DNA of 55,620 bases from Candidatus Micrarchaeota archaeon (GCA_018813505.1 JAHJBM010000011.1:1-55620), one strand, 5' to 3'. Counted from the stretch's first letter, positions 46,625 to 55,620 are shown. Notes: a model not told the origin generated them from the letters alone. Translations and numbers: made by a program.

Positions 46625-47629
46625 TCAGTCCATTCGGAGCACATATTTTCCGTATAATTTTGCAAATATCTTGTATTTCCCACGTTCGATCTTCACAATA
46701 TATCCTTTTTCGAGAAGTCTTTTTGTGAGTGCGGTTATCTGGCCTATGGGTTTTTTGTTTATTACAGCTATCTCAGATACTCTCATGCCTTCCGGGTTCT
46801 TTGCAAGGATTTTCATTATTTTTCTTTCTGCATCTGGTGTCTTTTGATAAATTTCACCAAACCATTCTCTTGAAAACATGTTCATTATATGCGGCAGATA
46901 AGCGAGATAATGTCCTTTTGTCAATATCTTTTCATCATCCCTTATTTTATCATAAATATGTCTACACACACCTCTTATTATTCGTGGATTTCCATCACTG
47001 TCATTCAATATTACATTCACGAATTCTTCACCTGGTTTCAGGGATTTTTCACTAAGTGTTTTTGAAAGAAATTCCTTGAAATCATGTTCGTTAAATCCTC
47101 TGAGTCGCACGTTGTTTGCGTATTCTGGTACTGGTTTAAAATCAGCTGTGGCACCAATAACAAATCCTATTTTTTTATTCTTCAACTTGCCTGAACTCAC
47201 CAAAAGTTCTATCTTTTTGACAATTTCATCCGGATTCTTTGAAACATCTATATCATCTATAAAAATCACTGTTCCGAATTCTCCCAGATACCCTATCTTC
47301 TCTACAAATTCGTTGAAACTTCTTGCATCAAGTCTGATTTGATGCAGCATGCCAAATTCTTTGCCCATCCTTTCCAAAATCTTTTTATTGTCCTCTCCTT
47401 TTTGTATTTTCACATACAATGCAACTATCCTGTTCTTCTCTGCAAGATGGGCAAACATATGCATGAGCCTTGTTTTTCCTACTCCTGGAACTCCACTAAC
47501 CAGTATTATCCTTGGTTGCCCTGAAGATATATTATTTAGGAAGGCATCAAATATTCTAAGTTCCTCTTTTCTTCCATATGTCTTTTCAATATCATCGTCA
47601 GATACTATGAACGGATTTGGTCCTATCAT
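46625..47629 (-). CDS. AAA+ ATPase (archaeal ATPase / Orc1-Cdc6-related) with C-terminal winged helix
   Basis: Walker A GVPGVGKT, Walker B VIFIDDID, GNPR sensor-like segment, C-terminal wHTH MRVSEIAVINKKPIGQITALTKRLLEKGYIV. A GGAGG Shine-Dalgarno element lies 6-10 nt upstream of the ATG at 47629. Confidence 0.75.
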   Translation of the reverse strand: MIGPNPFIVSDDDIEKTYGRKEELRIFDAFLNNISSGQPRIILVSGVPGVGKTRLMHMFAHLAEKNRIVALYVKIQKGEDNKKILERMGKEFGMLHQIRLDARSFNEFVEKIGYLGEFGTVIFIDDIDVSKNPDEIVKKIELLVSSGKLKNKKIGFVIGATADFKPVPEYANNVRLRGFNEHDFKEFLSKTLSEKSLKPGEEFVNVILNDSDGNPRIIRGVCRHIYDKIRDDEKILTKGHYLAYLPHIMNMFSREWFGEIYQKTPDAERKIMKILAKNPEGMRVSEIAVINKKPIGQITALTKRLLEKGYIVKIERGKYKIFAKLYGKYVLRMD

Positions 47630-47673
47630 GCTAAAACCTCCTCGAGATAGTCTTTATGTGTATGCTCAAATAT

Positions 47674-47706
47674 AAAAACTACTTCTCTTGTAGTTTTTGT
47701 AGTTTT
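47674..47706. promoter_or_regulatory. Palindrome plus direct repeat of AAAACTAC in the divergent promoter region
   Basis: AAAAACTAC-ttctctt-GTAGTTTTT (47674-47698) is followed immediately by a second GTAGTTTT (47699-47706). It sits between the ATPase/wHTH gene and the giant gene. An operator role is inferred. Confidence 0.4.
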
Positions 47707-47729
47707 CATTTATCTATTGACCATAAACA

Positions 47730-47737
47730 TTTATAAA
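47730..47737 (+). promoter_or_regulatory. Candidate TATA box (TTTATAAA) for the giant gene; spacing implies a leaderless or near-leaderless mRNA
   Basis: The centre lies about 27 nt upstream of the ATG at 47761. No Shine-Dalgarno-like sequence lies in between. Confidence 0.4.
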
Positions 47738-47760
47738 GAAAACAACGCCCGTATATACTT

Positions 47761-50700
47761 ATGTCGGCTATAAAGTGGTTGTCTGGATTGTTTATACTAT
47801 TCATTGTCGCACTGTCCAGTGCTTACAATTATGGTGATCCGGGATTACAGGATAGCCAAGTGGTAATAGTGCCGAACGAAGATGGTACTATTCTCGAGAT
47901 AAGTGTGTTGACATTTGCATCTGGTCATACTGATACCGGAACGACAATCAGCCAGGAGATGCGTGCTATTATCGAAAGTTGCCGGGATTCACCGAATTTC
48001 AGGCAATGTATATACAGTGAAGGAAACAGTTTTACTGCAGGTACTGATTTTAATCTTGAAATGCGGTCTGTCCAAGATGCAAGAATTACTGTTACTTATT
48101 ACAATGCCCTGACTGGTTCAGATACAGATGTACCTGAATGTACTGGTCTGGTTACCAACACAGAAGGAATCGCATATACCCCTTCAGAAACAGGTGTGCC
48201 AGATGAGATTCCATATTACACTACAACCTGTGATATTTCAGAAATTGTAGAAGGACAAAGGACAACTACCATAATGGTAATCTATAGTCCTGATCTTGAA
48301 GATGGTATTTCTGCCAGTACTGCACCATACACATATACAAATGCTCATGTCACTGCTTCAAGTGCAATTACCCGCCAAATCAATGATCTTATCTTAGGTT
48401 TGTCATCAGCTCAGGGAACTGACATTCCGATTCCGCTAGCATCACCATTACCATGTGTTGGCATATTTCTTATCTTGGGATTATTATTATCATCACTATA
48501 TTTTGCAGGAAAATCGCCAATTTCATTACTTGATATCGCTGCCCCTCGTTTGCCAACACCCAAGGGTGTTGCTGCCGGTGGCCAGATTCTTACTCCATTC
48601 GGTTATGGTGAATTAGGGCGAACTACAAATGCAAAACTCAAAGCTTCGGTTGCAGCCCTTGAACTCATATCCAGACGGTTAAGAGAAAACCGGCTTGGTG
48701 GCGATATGGCTACAAACAGGCTCATGGGCAGGATTGATTCAAGAGGCGGTACAAATGAGCAGAGGCAGGTGGCAAGATCTATCGTAACTGCTGGTCGGGC
48801 TCTTGGAATAAATGCGCATGAATTGAACGGACTTGCAGATCTCCCATCAAACTATAGGGAAGCACATTACCAACAGATAGCAAACATATTTGAACGTCTC
48901 AGAAATGGTGAGCTTGGGGGAGCAGGGAGACACCTTGCTACTACTACCCAGGACGCACTCCATGCCTTCAGGGTAAATAAAACACTATCAGTTCTTGGTG
49001 GTCATCCTGATATGGAAACACAAAGCAAGGCACTCACATGGGTTACAAAGAAAATGGACGTTGCTTTTGGTTCCAATCGGTATGCCGTTATTGGTCCAAC
49101 AATTGCTGCAACAAGAGGTTCAATAGTCAGGTCAAGCAGACTGACTGGTAGGCTTGCAAAAGCAATATTTACTGAAGCTCCAAGTCTTGTTAGGGGTGCC
49201 ACAAAAACAACCATGGAAATGATCGGTGGTTCTGATGCATTAAGAAGGCTTGAAGCAAAGGGCAAAACTTCAAGATCTGCAGGATGGTTGTTTAATCAGC
49301 TTACGAAACATCCTAGCAACATTGAAATCGGTCACATGTTTCCGATTGTAGATAAAATGGGGTATATGTATGATTCAATGCGCAAGGAAGCACTTAGGGA
49401 CTCAATGAGGTATGTGCTCAGGCAATTTTACAGATCAAAAGGCGTAAACTTCAGTATAACTGAGGAAGAACTTTCACAAATGGGGCACAAAGATATTAAT
49501 ATCCTTCAGAAATCAGGTTATCTTACTGCAATTCAACACATGAGTGCAGATGAACGGGCATCATTTCATAATGCAGAAAAAGAATTCATGACCATCCTTG
49601 GAAACAAAGATCTGAGTTCATATGAAAAGCTCCAGAAACTTATTGACCTAGCAAGAACGCATACAAGTAACACTATACATATAGATTCAAGTCTTCAGAT
49701 GTTCACCGACAAAATCAACAATATTCATCAAAGTACAGAGCCTGACTATGTAAAGATGATCCAGTTGCAGGAACAATTTGAAAAGCAAAATGCAGTACGA
49801 GCAGCTGGTGATACTGGTGGTGTGCTAAGGGATGATTTATACGTCTGCCATGTGGGCGGAGGTACACTCAGGCATGAAAAAATCTGGGAAACAATGGTCC
49901 TTCGTACCATGATATGGGATGCAGAAAACGGCTATATGAAATCGATAGGCCAAAGCGAGCACCTTGATGAACAGGCTGGTGTAAAAGAAGCACTTCTATC
50001 AGCAAGGCTTAATGTTGCGAACAGGCTTGCAACCCTTGATCCAACTACTGGAATGGATAAATTACCAGAACATATGCGAAATATGTCAGATCTTGAAGCG
50101 GTAAGAGATAGAAATAAATCTGACATGATGCAGTTGTTCTCAAAGGAAGGGCTTGAACTGTTCGAGCAGACTACCAATAAGAAAATGGGCCAGGCATCTA
50201 TACAAGACATAGTATTATTCATGTATGGGGCCAACATGCCAAAGTCTGGTCATACTGATCCAAAAACCGGAAAAATGGTCTACTGGGGCTGCGATCAGGA
50301 ACTTACACTTAAAAAATCTGAAGTCCGTGCAGATGTCAAAAGGCACTGGATTACCAAGCTGGACGACCGTGAGAACTTTGCATTAGGTCAATGGACAGAA
50401 TCAAAATTCACAAGAAGCTATGTTCCTGCGTTCAAGGCTTCCATAGAAGCACAACTCAAGAATATGCCCGGTTATAACACGTGGAGTGTTGAAGAACACC
50501 AAACCCATGCAAAGCAATTGTGGGTTTCAGATCTGCTGATAAAAGACATGGAACAGAGATTCAACTCACACTTTGGTCAGAATACTTACGGGACTACGCA
50601 CGAATCAATGCGCTTCTATGGAGGCATAGCGGTAGGTTTCCTTGAAAAAGCGCTTGAAGACAAGCTTCCTGCTGATCACGCCACGTTGGAGTTCCTGAAA

Positions 50701-52548
50701 AATATAGACATGAACAATGTAAACCATCTAAGGGAACTAGGGACTCTTCTAAGTGCACACAGACAGGACTTTGAGAAGATAATCCATGATCCTGTTACTT
50801 ACGAACAAATGGCAACAGGGAAAAAGCCAATGGTAATGCTTCATGAAGGTGGTTTTGCATACTATCATAAAGGCATGGCACTTAGTGACATGGATCGTCT
50901 CGTGAATGCAGAAGTTGCACTAAAAGATAATAATGGGGTGTCACGGGTATTCATAGCAGAAGAAGTTTCAATCAATCTTAATGACAAATTAATACAGGAG
51001 TTTTACAAGCTAAAAAATTCAAGGAGTGCGGGTAATCCTGAGGAATGGTCAAATCTTATTGAGAATGCTCGGGCTTGGGCAAGTGAGGGGAGATACAATT
51101 ACGAGCGTGAAAAGCAATTCGCTGCACTTGTCTGGGAATATTCAAATGCAACAAATGATTTCCATAGCTTCTACAACAAGACCAAGGTATTTGTTGATTC
51201 AAGAAGAGAAGTTACCCCTGCAGCTCCAATGATGCTGCGATTCTTTGGAATTGAAGGTAGCACAGCTGCAGATGCATGGAAGCATGCAAAGAAATATGGG
51301 TTCAATGTACTTGACTACATCACAAAGGTGTCACTGCTAACTGGCGGGCCTGTTCATGATGCGTCATACGATATCACGCCAGTATCAGAGCAATTCAGAA
51401 GACATTCGATGTACATGGCATCAAACATAATGGCTAATGTTGATATGAAAGATATGACTGCAGAAGAACGTGCAGCATTAAGGAATGCAGCAATGCAACA
51501 TGCCGCACTTCATCAGGTTTGGGATTATGCGATTGACAGGCACCCTGGCAGAACTTCTGCAGGTTATGGTACTCATGCTTCATGGGCATCAGGTTTCCAC
51601 TTTGGTCCTGCACAGAACTTTTCAGTAAAAGACAACCTGGGTTCTTACATGTCAAAAGGTGAGTACCTAAACTTCATGGTCATGTACGGTTTCTCACTGG
51701 ATCTTGCCAGTAAGATGCTTGCCCCATATACAAACATAATCCGCGGCGTTCAGATGTCTATGCAGGGTTATTCAAACAGGTGGGGTATTACAGAGAATCC
51801 ATTGAAAATGTACGATTACACTACTCCAAGAATGCAAGAAGCAATGCAGGCAGCCAATCCATTTTCTTTCAGATGGTTTGAAGGAAAGACCTTTGAGAGG
51901 ATTGCAAAGCTCAATGTATTCGGTGGCAGTCTTGAACATCATCAACTTGCAGGTCCTGATTTCTTCCTTGGTCTAAGGCAGGCACCTCAGGATTTATTCC
52001 TTACAAGAAAAGGTGTCTATGCAGTTCTCAGAACCGGTGAGGCAAATCCTGGACTTACTCACTACGACTATCGACACACTCTCAGGCTTGATCAGGCAAT
52101 GGGCGAATATCTTATGAGAAACCGGGATGTTGCCTATATGTATGATGAAGAGGTAAAACATTCGGCATTCACTAACACTGTAAGGCGTACGGTTGCTGCA
52201 GAAGCACTTGGTATAAGAAGGCGCCAGGAACTTAACAATTTCGGGGCTCTTCAAAACCCACTCTATGGTTGGGCAAATCCAATTGCTTTCCTATGGCATC
52301 TTCCACCTCCTGGTGTTCCTGATGGTCTTGCGCCGAGGGATCTTGTTACAAGATGGGTAGGTATATCCAAGCGCGGTCATGATCCGCAAGGCGGTTTCTT
52401 GAACCAATTCAAGCGCGCAGCATCCTCATTTGGCAATACTGCGAAATCATTTAGCCGTCCTGATCTGACAAGCAGGCAGGTTCACTGTAACTGTGGTCGT
52501 ACGGGTATACGTGGTACTAGGTGTCAAAACTGCGGTATATGTCTATGA
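47761..52548 (+). CDS. Orphan giant protein (1595 aa): signal peptide, Cys-containing ectodomain of about 200 aa, one TM, cytoplasmic region of about 1340 aa, C-terminal zinc ribbon
   Basis: Signal MSAIKWLSGLFILFIVALSSA. TM PCVGIFLILGLLLSSLYFAG (about nt 48440-48510). The remainder is largely helical by composition, with no P-loop, HExxH or other catalytic motif recognised. The C-terminus is CNCGRTGIRGTRCQNCGICL (52486-52545). Confidence 0.75.
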   Translation: MSAIKWLSGLFILFIVALSSAYNYGDPGLQDSQVVIVPNEDGTILEISVLTFASGHTDTGTTISQEMRAIIESCRDSPNFRQCIYSEGNSFTAGTDFNLEMRSVQDARITVTYYNALTGSDTDVPECTGLVTNTEGIAYTPSETGVPDEIPYYTTTCDISEIVEGQRTTTIMVIYSPDLEDGISASTAPYTYTNAHVTASSAITRQINDLILGLSSAQGTDIPIPLASPLPCVGIFLILGLLLSSLYFAGKSPISLLDIAAPRLPTPKGVAAGGQILTPFGYGELGRTTNAKLKASVAALELISRRLRENRLGGDMATNRLMGRIDSRGGTNEQRQVARSIVTAGRALGINAHELNGLADLPSNYREAHYQQIANIFERLRNGELGGAGRHLATTTQDALHAFRVNKTLSVLGGHPDMETQSKALTWVTKKMDVAFGSNRYAVIGPTIAATRGSIVRSSRLTGRLAKAIFTEAPSLVRGATKTTMEMIGGSDALRRLEAKGKTSRSAGWLFNQLTKHPSNIEIGHMFPIVDKMGYMYDSMRKEALRDSMRYVLRQFYRSKGVNFSITEEELSQMGHKDINILQKSGYLTAIQHMSADERASFHNAEKEFMTILGNKDLSSYEKLQKLIDLARTHTSNTIHIDSSLQMFTDKINNIHQSTEPDYVKMIQLQEQFEKQNAVRAAGDTGGVLRDDLYVCHVGGGTLRHEKIWETMVLRTMIWDAENGYMKSIGQSEHLDEQAGVKEALLSARLNVANRLATLDPTTGMDKLPEHMRNMSDLEAVRDRNKSDMMQLFSKEGLELFEQTTNKKMGQASIQDIVLFMYGANMPKSGHTDPKTGKMVYWGCDQELTLKKSEVRADVKRHWITKLDDRENFALGQWTESKFTRSYVPAFKASIEAQLKNMPGYNTWSVEEHQTHAKQLWVSDLLIKDMEQRFNSHFGQNTYGTTHESMRFYGGIAVGFLEKALEDKLPADHATLEFLKNIDMNNVNHLRELGTLLSAHRQDFEKIIHDPVTYEQMATGKKPMVMLHEGGFAYYHKGMALSDMDRLVNAEVALKDNNGVSRVFIAEEVSINLNDKLIQEFYKLKNSRSAGNPEEWSNLIENARAWASEGRYNYEREKQFAALVWEYSNATNDFHSFYNKTKVFVDSRREVTPAAPMMLRFFGIEGSTAADAWKHAKKYGFNVLDYITKVSLLTGGPVHDASYDITPVSEQFRRHSMYMASNIMANVDMKDMTAEERAALRNAAMQHAALHQVWDYAIDRHPGRTSAGYGTHASWASGFHFGPAQNFSVKDNLGSYMSKGEYLNFMVMYGFSLDLASKMLAPYTNIIRGVQMSMQGYSNRWGITENPLKMYDYTTPRMQEAMQAANPFSFRWFEGKTFERIAKLNVFGGSLEHHQLAGPDFFLGLRQAPQDLFLTRKGVYAVLRTGEANPGLTHYDYRHTLRLDQAMGEYLMRNRDVAYMYDEEVKHSAFTNTVRRTVAAEALGIRRRQELNNFGALQNPLYGWANPIAFLWHLPPPGVPDGLAPRDLVTRWVGISKRGHDPQGGFLNQFKRAASSFGNTAKSFSRPDLTSRQVHCNCGRTGIRGTRCQNCGICL

Positions 52549-52646
52549 AGAGTAGTCCGGCTATTGGTGTTTAGACTCTCGAACCAAAAAAATTCGGTTC
52601 TGGGAGTTGTCATTTCTTTTTATTTATTTCCATTCATTTTCTATGC

Positions 52647-55283
52647 ATGCAATTTGCTGGAAAAACTTTCTTTGTGCCACTAATAGGCATTATCGGAATA
52701 CTCATCTTTTTTTACGGTTGTTTGGGTAGCGTTGGATCTGACCAATTCGGAGAAAATTACATTGCTGGGCTGGAACGTGTTTCTGCTCCTAGTCCTGAAG
52801 CCTGTCCTATAGGTAATTGCTGGTGTATGGTCTGTGAGAATACCCAATTCGAATATCTTTTTGGCCCTGCAAGAAATCTTATTGGTGGCAGCTGCCATTT
52901 TAACACAGAATGTACGCCTGAAGTATTCACTGATCTTGCAAGTGATGATACTACTCCCACATTAAGTATACGCCAATTCATGTTAGGCCAGGGGGCATCA
53001 TTTGCTGATTTTGCAGAAGCAAATCCATACTGTGCTGATAAACTTACTATGGCTGTTCAGTGGCTCACAGGTGATGAAAATACTGAATATCCTGTTCCTG
53101 ATGCACCCCGTACAATGTGCTTTTTAAGCAAGGATGTGCTTCCAGTTTTTGTTCTTTATAGCAATGGTGAGAATATAGATGCTGATCGTGCAGAAGATAT
53201 TGGAGAAGTACTTGGCACCCAAGGCGATGATTTTTTTGCCGGTCGATTATCAACCGGTCCAGTCGGTCCTGTGATTGTTGTTACTGAAATAGATTTCGAT
53301 AGGGAAGATATTCCTTTGATTGCAGAACAGGTTCGCGCAGTAAATCGCGGTTGTAGAAATGACCGGGCGAGTGATGAAATAAATTGTATGATCGCAGTAG
53401 CACCAAAGATGGGTGATACAGAAACACTTGATATGATAATGGAAGAAGTCGGTGATGAGGTCGATCTTATCGCATTTGGTGTTAATGGTAGGGACACTGA
53501 ATCATGCGATGGTGCGCGCATTGTTTATGATGTAGAAGAATATGCAGCACATGCACTTTATCACTGGAATAAACCAACCATAATTCCGTATATCATGTTT
53601 GACAGCAGCGGTACAAATGCAGATGGTTCATGTACCTGGACAGAGAATCGTATGATAGCAGCATACTCATCATTTTTTCCTACAAATATAATATCACTTC
53701 AACAAAGGGGCGTCATTGGTATAGCTCCATATTCGTTCAATTCAAACAATAATCGTTTGTCCAATCCGCTTGAGTGCACCAGCTGCGGTCTTGGTGCAAA
53801 TGAACAAAGAACTCAATCGTGGTATAGTTGGTGTCAACGATTTAATACAATTACAGAACTATCTCCAACTGGAGATTCAATCAGACAATCAGGTTCAATT
53901 CCAATAGCATTTTCTGATGAGGCTGGCGGGAGCTGCAATTCTAACAATGGTCAGCTCGCCTATCTTGTAAGAGAGATAAGTTTCTCTGATTCATTATCCA
54001 CACGGGACATAATGAGTCCAAACATGCCAGAGCTTGCTGATCCCACAGATAATATCTTCACATGCGATGCATGCGTTGTTTATAATCATCCGGAAAATCC
54101 CGATGCGCCAATCACTCCTGCATTTAGCGGCATTCATGCTGCTGACCTTGGTGAGCCTGTAGGGCAATGTGATATTTATCCAGAAATAGATCGTTGGGCA
54201 AGTCAGCGTAATCTTGATCCAATGTTAGTAAGGGCATTCATAATCAGTGAAAGCGGTTTTAGTTTGCCTGAAGGTTTTGATGTGTGCGAAGTCGCAGAGG
54301 TACACGAAGTTGGTACTGGTGGTTTGAGGACTTCGAGCGGTGCTGACGAATGTTATGAAAAAGGCTACAATTTCATTACTGATCCAACTGGCGAATGTGA
54401 TGAGTTGCCTTCTGCACCAACAGTTGCGCCTGGTGCAGATACTGAAATGCGTTATTGTGGTCTTGGCATGATGCAGATACTTGAACCACCGATAGAATTC
54501 TGGCCAGCAACATATCGTCAGGATGGGGTTGACGGGGTATATGTGGATTATTATACTGATGTGGTTTCTAGAGGCATGAATCCAAACCTTGAATTCGCAC
54601 AGTCATGCAATCCAGTGAATTTCAATCCATTCAATATCGATGATGCACTTTGCGTTGGTACTGCAAAAATAGAAGCATCATTGAATTATGCAAGGCAATG
54701 GATAAGCACCCATAGATCTGAACTTGGCTGGGGAGCAGAACAATATGAAAAAGATAATGTGCTTGCAGCATATATCGCAGGACATGATTATGTAGGTTTC
54801 TGGCGTGCGCATAGTAGCACTAATCGCGATTGTATAAGACGAGGTATTCAAAGTCATGCTATAAATAATGGTGATTGTTGGGTAGCAAATTTCAATGAGC
54901 GCAGTACCTCTCTAGATGCCTCAACAGTGTGTGTGAGGGATGATGATGGTAATCTACCGGCACAATGCAGCGGAGTAGGCGAACTTGATCGCGATAATTG
55001 TTATGGTTATACTGATTTTGTTGAATATGTGCGAGCTTGCGAGATAATCTACCTTCCAAGGGAAGCAGATCCTGGTGCAAACAAGCTTAGTATTTACTAT
55101 TGGCTGATAAATCATTGTGATAATAGTTTCTGTCCTGAAGGAAGGAGGATGCTATCCACATTTTGTGAACCTGATGAAAACGGATACGTAAATCCACAAT
55201 TCTGTGATACTACAACCGGGTTTCCGTTATATCCAGACAGTCATAATCCATATATGCCAGATTTGGCCCCGTCCGGGCCATAA
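52647..55283 (+). CDS. Secreted or lipobox-anchored Cys-rich protein with C-terminal lytic transglycosylase (SLT, goose-lysozyme-like) domain
   Basis: N-terminal TM/signal ending FFYGC. The SLT signature is in the correct order: LDPMLVRAFIISESGF (catalytic E at 54249-54251), YCGLGMMQI, NPFNIDDALCVGTAKIEASL, VLAAYIAGHDYV. The N-terminal roughly 500 aa are unassigned. Confidence 0.75.
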   Translation: MQFAGKTFFVPLIGIIGILIFFYGCLGSVGSDQFGENYIAGLERVSAPSPEACPIGNCWCMVCENTQFEYLFGPARNLIGGSCHFNTECTPEVFTDLASDDTTPTLSIRQFMLGQGASFADFAEANPYCADKLTMAVQWLTGDENTEYPVPDAPRTMCFLSKDVLPVFVLYSNGENIDADRAEDIGEVLGTQGDDFFAGRLSTGPVGPVIVVTEIDFDREDIPLIAEQVRAVNRGCRNDRASDEINCMIAVAPKMGDTETLDMIMEEVGDEVDLIAFGVNGRDTESCDGARIVYDVEEYAAHALYHWNKPTIIPYIMFDSSGTNADGSCTWTENRMIAAYSSFFPTNIISLQQRGVIGIAPYSFNSNNNRLSNPLECTSCGLGANEQRTQSWYSWCQRFNTITELSPTGDSIRQSGSIPIAFSDEAGGSCNSNNGQLAYLVREISFSDSLSTRDIMSPNMPELADPTDNIFTCDACVVYNHPENPDAPITPAFSGIHAADLGEPVGQCDIYPEIDRWASQRNLDPMLVRAFIISESGFSLPEGFDVCEVAEVHEVGTGGLRTSSGADECYEKGYNFITDPTGECDELPSAPTVAPGADTEMRYCGLGMMQILEPPIEFWPATYRQDGVDGVYVDYYTDVVSRGMNPNLEFAQSCNPVNFNPFNIDDALCVGTAKIEASLNYARQWISTHRSELGWGAEQYEKDNVLAAYIAGHDYVGFWRAHSSTNRDCIRRGIQSHAINNGDCWVANFNERSTSLDASTVCVRDDDGNLPAQCSGVGELDRDNCYGYTDFVEYVRACEIIYLPREADPGANKLSIYYWLINHCDNSFCPEGRRMLSTFCEPDENGYVNPQFCDTTTGFPLYPDSHNPYMPDLAPSGP

Positions 55284-55419
55284 GTCGTACTGGTTTTCTG
55301 TCTTGGGTTTCCAGTTTTGGGGTTGATACTAAACAACGGTCCAGAACATAGGACATAATACACATGTTATCTATGGCATCAATCATATTCCAAATCCAAG
55401 ACACTAAGTTCAAGACATT

Positions 55420-55615
55420 AACTTAAGTTCGCCAGTTATCCCGATCCAACAAAAAAGTTCCAGAGAATTTTATTCTCTATCTCTTCAAAAGCTTCGCTTT
55501 ATGAAGACGGATCGATCTATTCTCAACCACTGAGATAAACTCAAAAAACAAAAATCTGAAAGACTTATTTGGTTGAGAATACTCCTGAGAAAACACATAC
55601 TGCCGACACAGCATA
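55420..55615. repeat. Copy B (inverted) of the bipartite element, with a structured 147-nt insert between the two halves
   Basis: 55586-55615 is the reverse complement of the 30-mer at 25283-25312, and 55420-55438 is the reverse complement of the 19-mer at 25317-25335. The insert (55439-55585) contains a 12-bp stem TATTCTCAACCA/TGGTTGAGAATA (55518-55529 / 55570-55581) and the hairpin AGAGAAT-ttt-ATTCTCT (55462-55478). The window ends 5 nt after the element. Confidence 0.9.
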
Positions 55616-55620
55616 TAGAA

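Noticed and set aside
46625-47629. Calling the AAA+/wHTH protein a bona fide Orc1/Cdc6 initiator, and hence the nearby repeat locus an origin
   Set aside because: At 334 aa it is shorter than typical Orc1/Cdc6. It carries GNPR rather than the GDAR-type sensor segment I recall, and it resembles the broader archaeal ATPase (PF01637-like) group equally well. It is kept as a generic AAA+/wHTH ATPase, and the origin idea is only a hypothesis.
55210-55413. 67-aa minus-strand ORF starting 7 nt from repeat copy B
   Set aside because: It starts at TTG, overlaps the 3' end of the 878-aa gene by 74 nt, and has no recognisable features. It is probably an ORF-caller artefact.
25283-55615. The idea that the inverted 30+19-nt repeats are terminal inverted repeats of a 30-kb mobile element or provirus
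   Set aside because: The interval contains core housekeeping genes (topA, pgk, tfb, aspA, mtaD) and has no integrase, transposase, capsid or terminase. The repeats are more likely a dispersed small element or regulatory site. Inversion between them remains possible and is listed as a check.

Overview
This is an AT-rich, very gene-dense archaeal chromosomal segment. The archaeal origin is shown by TFB, aIF-1A, aIF-2beta, a RIO kinase, an archaeal-type topoisomerase IA and ArgRS. I call about 41 protein-coding genes, many of which abut or overlap by 1-70 nt. By eye I found no rRNA, tRNA, CRISPR array, integrase or transposase.

Layout:
(i) 1-4.8 kb: a membrane and lipid head-group cluster with a GT-C-like glycosyltransferase, archaetidylserine synthase, PS decarboxylase-like protein, PAP2 protein, TM-anchored methyltransferase and DUF1624-like acyltransferase.
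(ii) 4.9-18.5 kb: housekeeping and salvage genes (PurL-like, argS, adenine deaminase, RIO kinase, aIF-1A, aIF-2beta, SAH hydrolase), interrupted by two orphan ORFs at 15.0-17.3 kb.
(iii) 18.7-23.8 kb: a PadR plus MacB-type ABC operon with an embedded surface protein, followed by malic enzyme.
(iv) 25.4-31 kb: two convergent secreted Cys-rich proteins, a 1357-aa beta-helix glycoprotein and an HExxH protein.
(v) 31-43 kb: PEP-utilising swivel-domain protein, aspartase, a HEPN/MNT pair, topA, pgk, a CorA-like protein, mtaD, a Ser/Thr kinase and tfb.
(vi) 43-47.6 kb: a beta-solenoid repeat protein, an 800-bp non-coding region with a perfect 90-bp tandem repeat and a hairpin cluster, a secreted PLD nuclease, and an AAA+/wHTH ATPase.
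(vii) 47.8-55.3 kb: a 1595-aa membrane-anchored orphan giant protein, followed by an 878-aa secreted Cys-rich protein with a lytic-transglycosylase (SLT) signature.

The gene content (salvage enzymes, head-group-only lipid genes, huge surface proteins, a muralytic domain) fits a reduced, host-dependent DPANN-type archaeon. That placement is inference.

The best candidates for something new are:
- the giant-protein/SLT module
- a bipartite 30+19-nt element present as an inverted pair about 30 kb apart, one copy carrying a structured 147-nt insert
- the repeat-rich 800-bp non-coding locus
- a HEPN toxin gene with an in-frame opal codon

All family calls come from motif recognition by eye. No database search was run.
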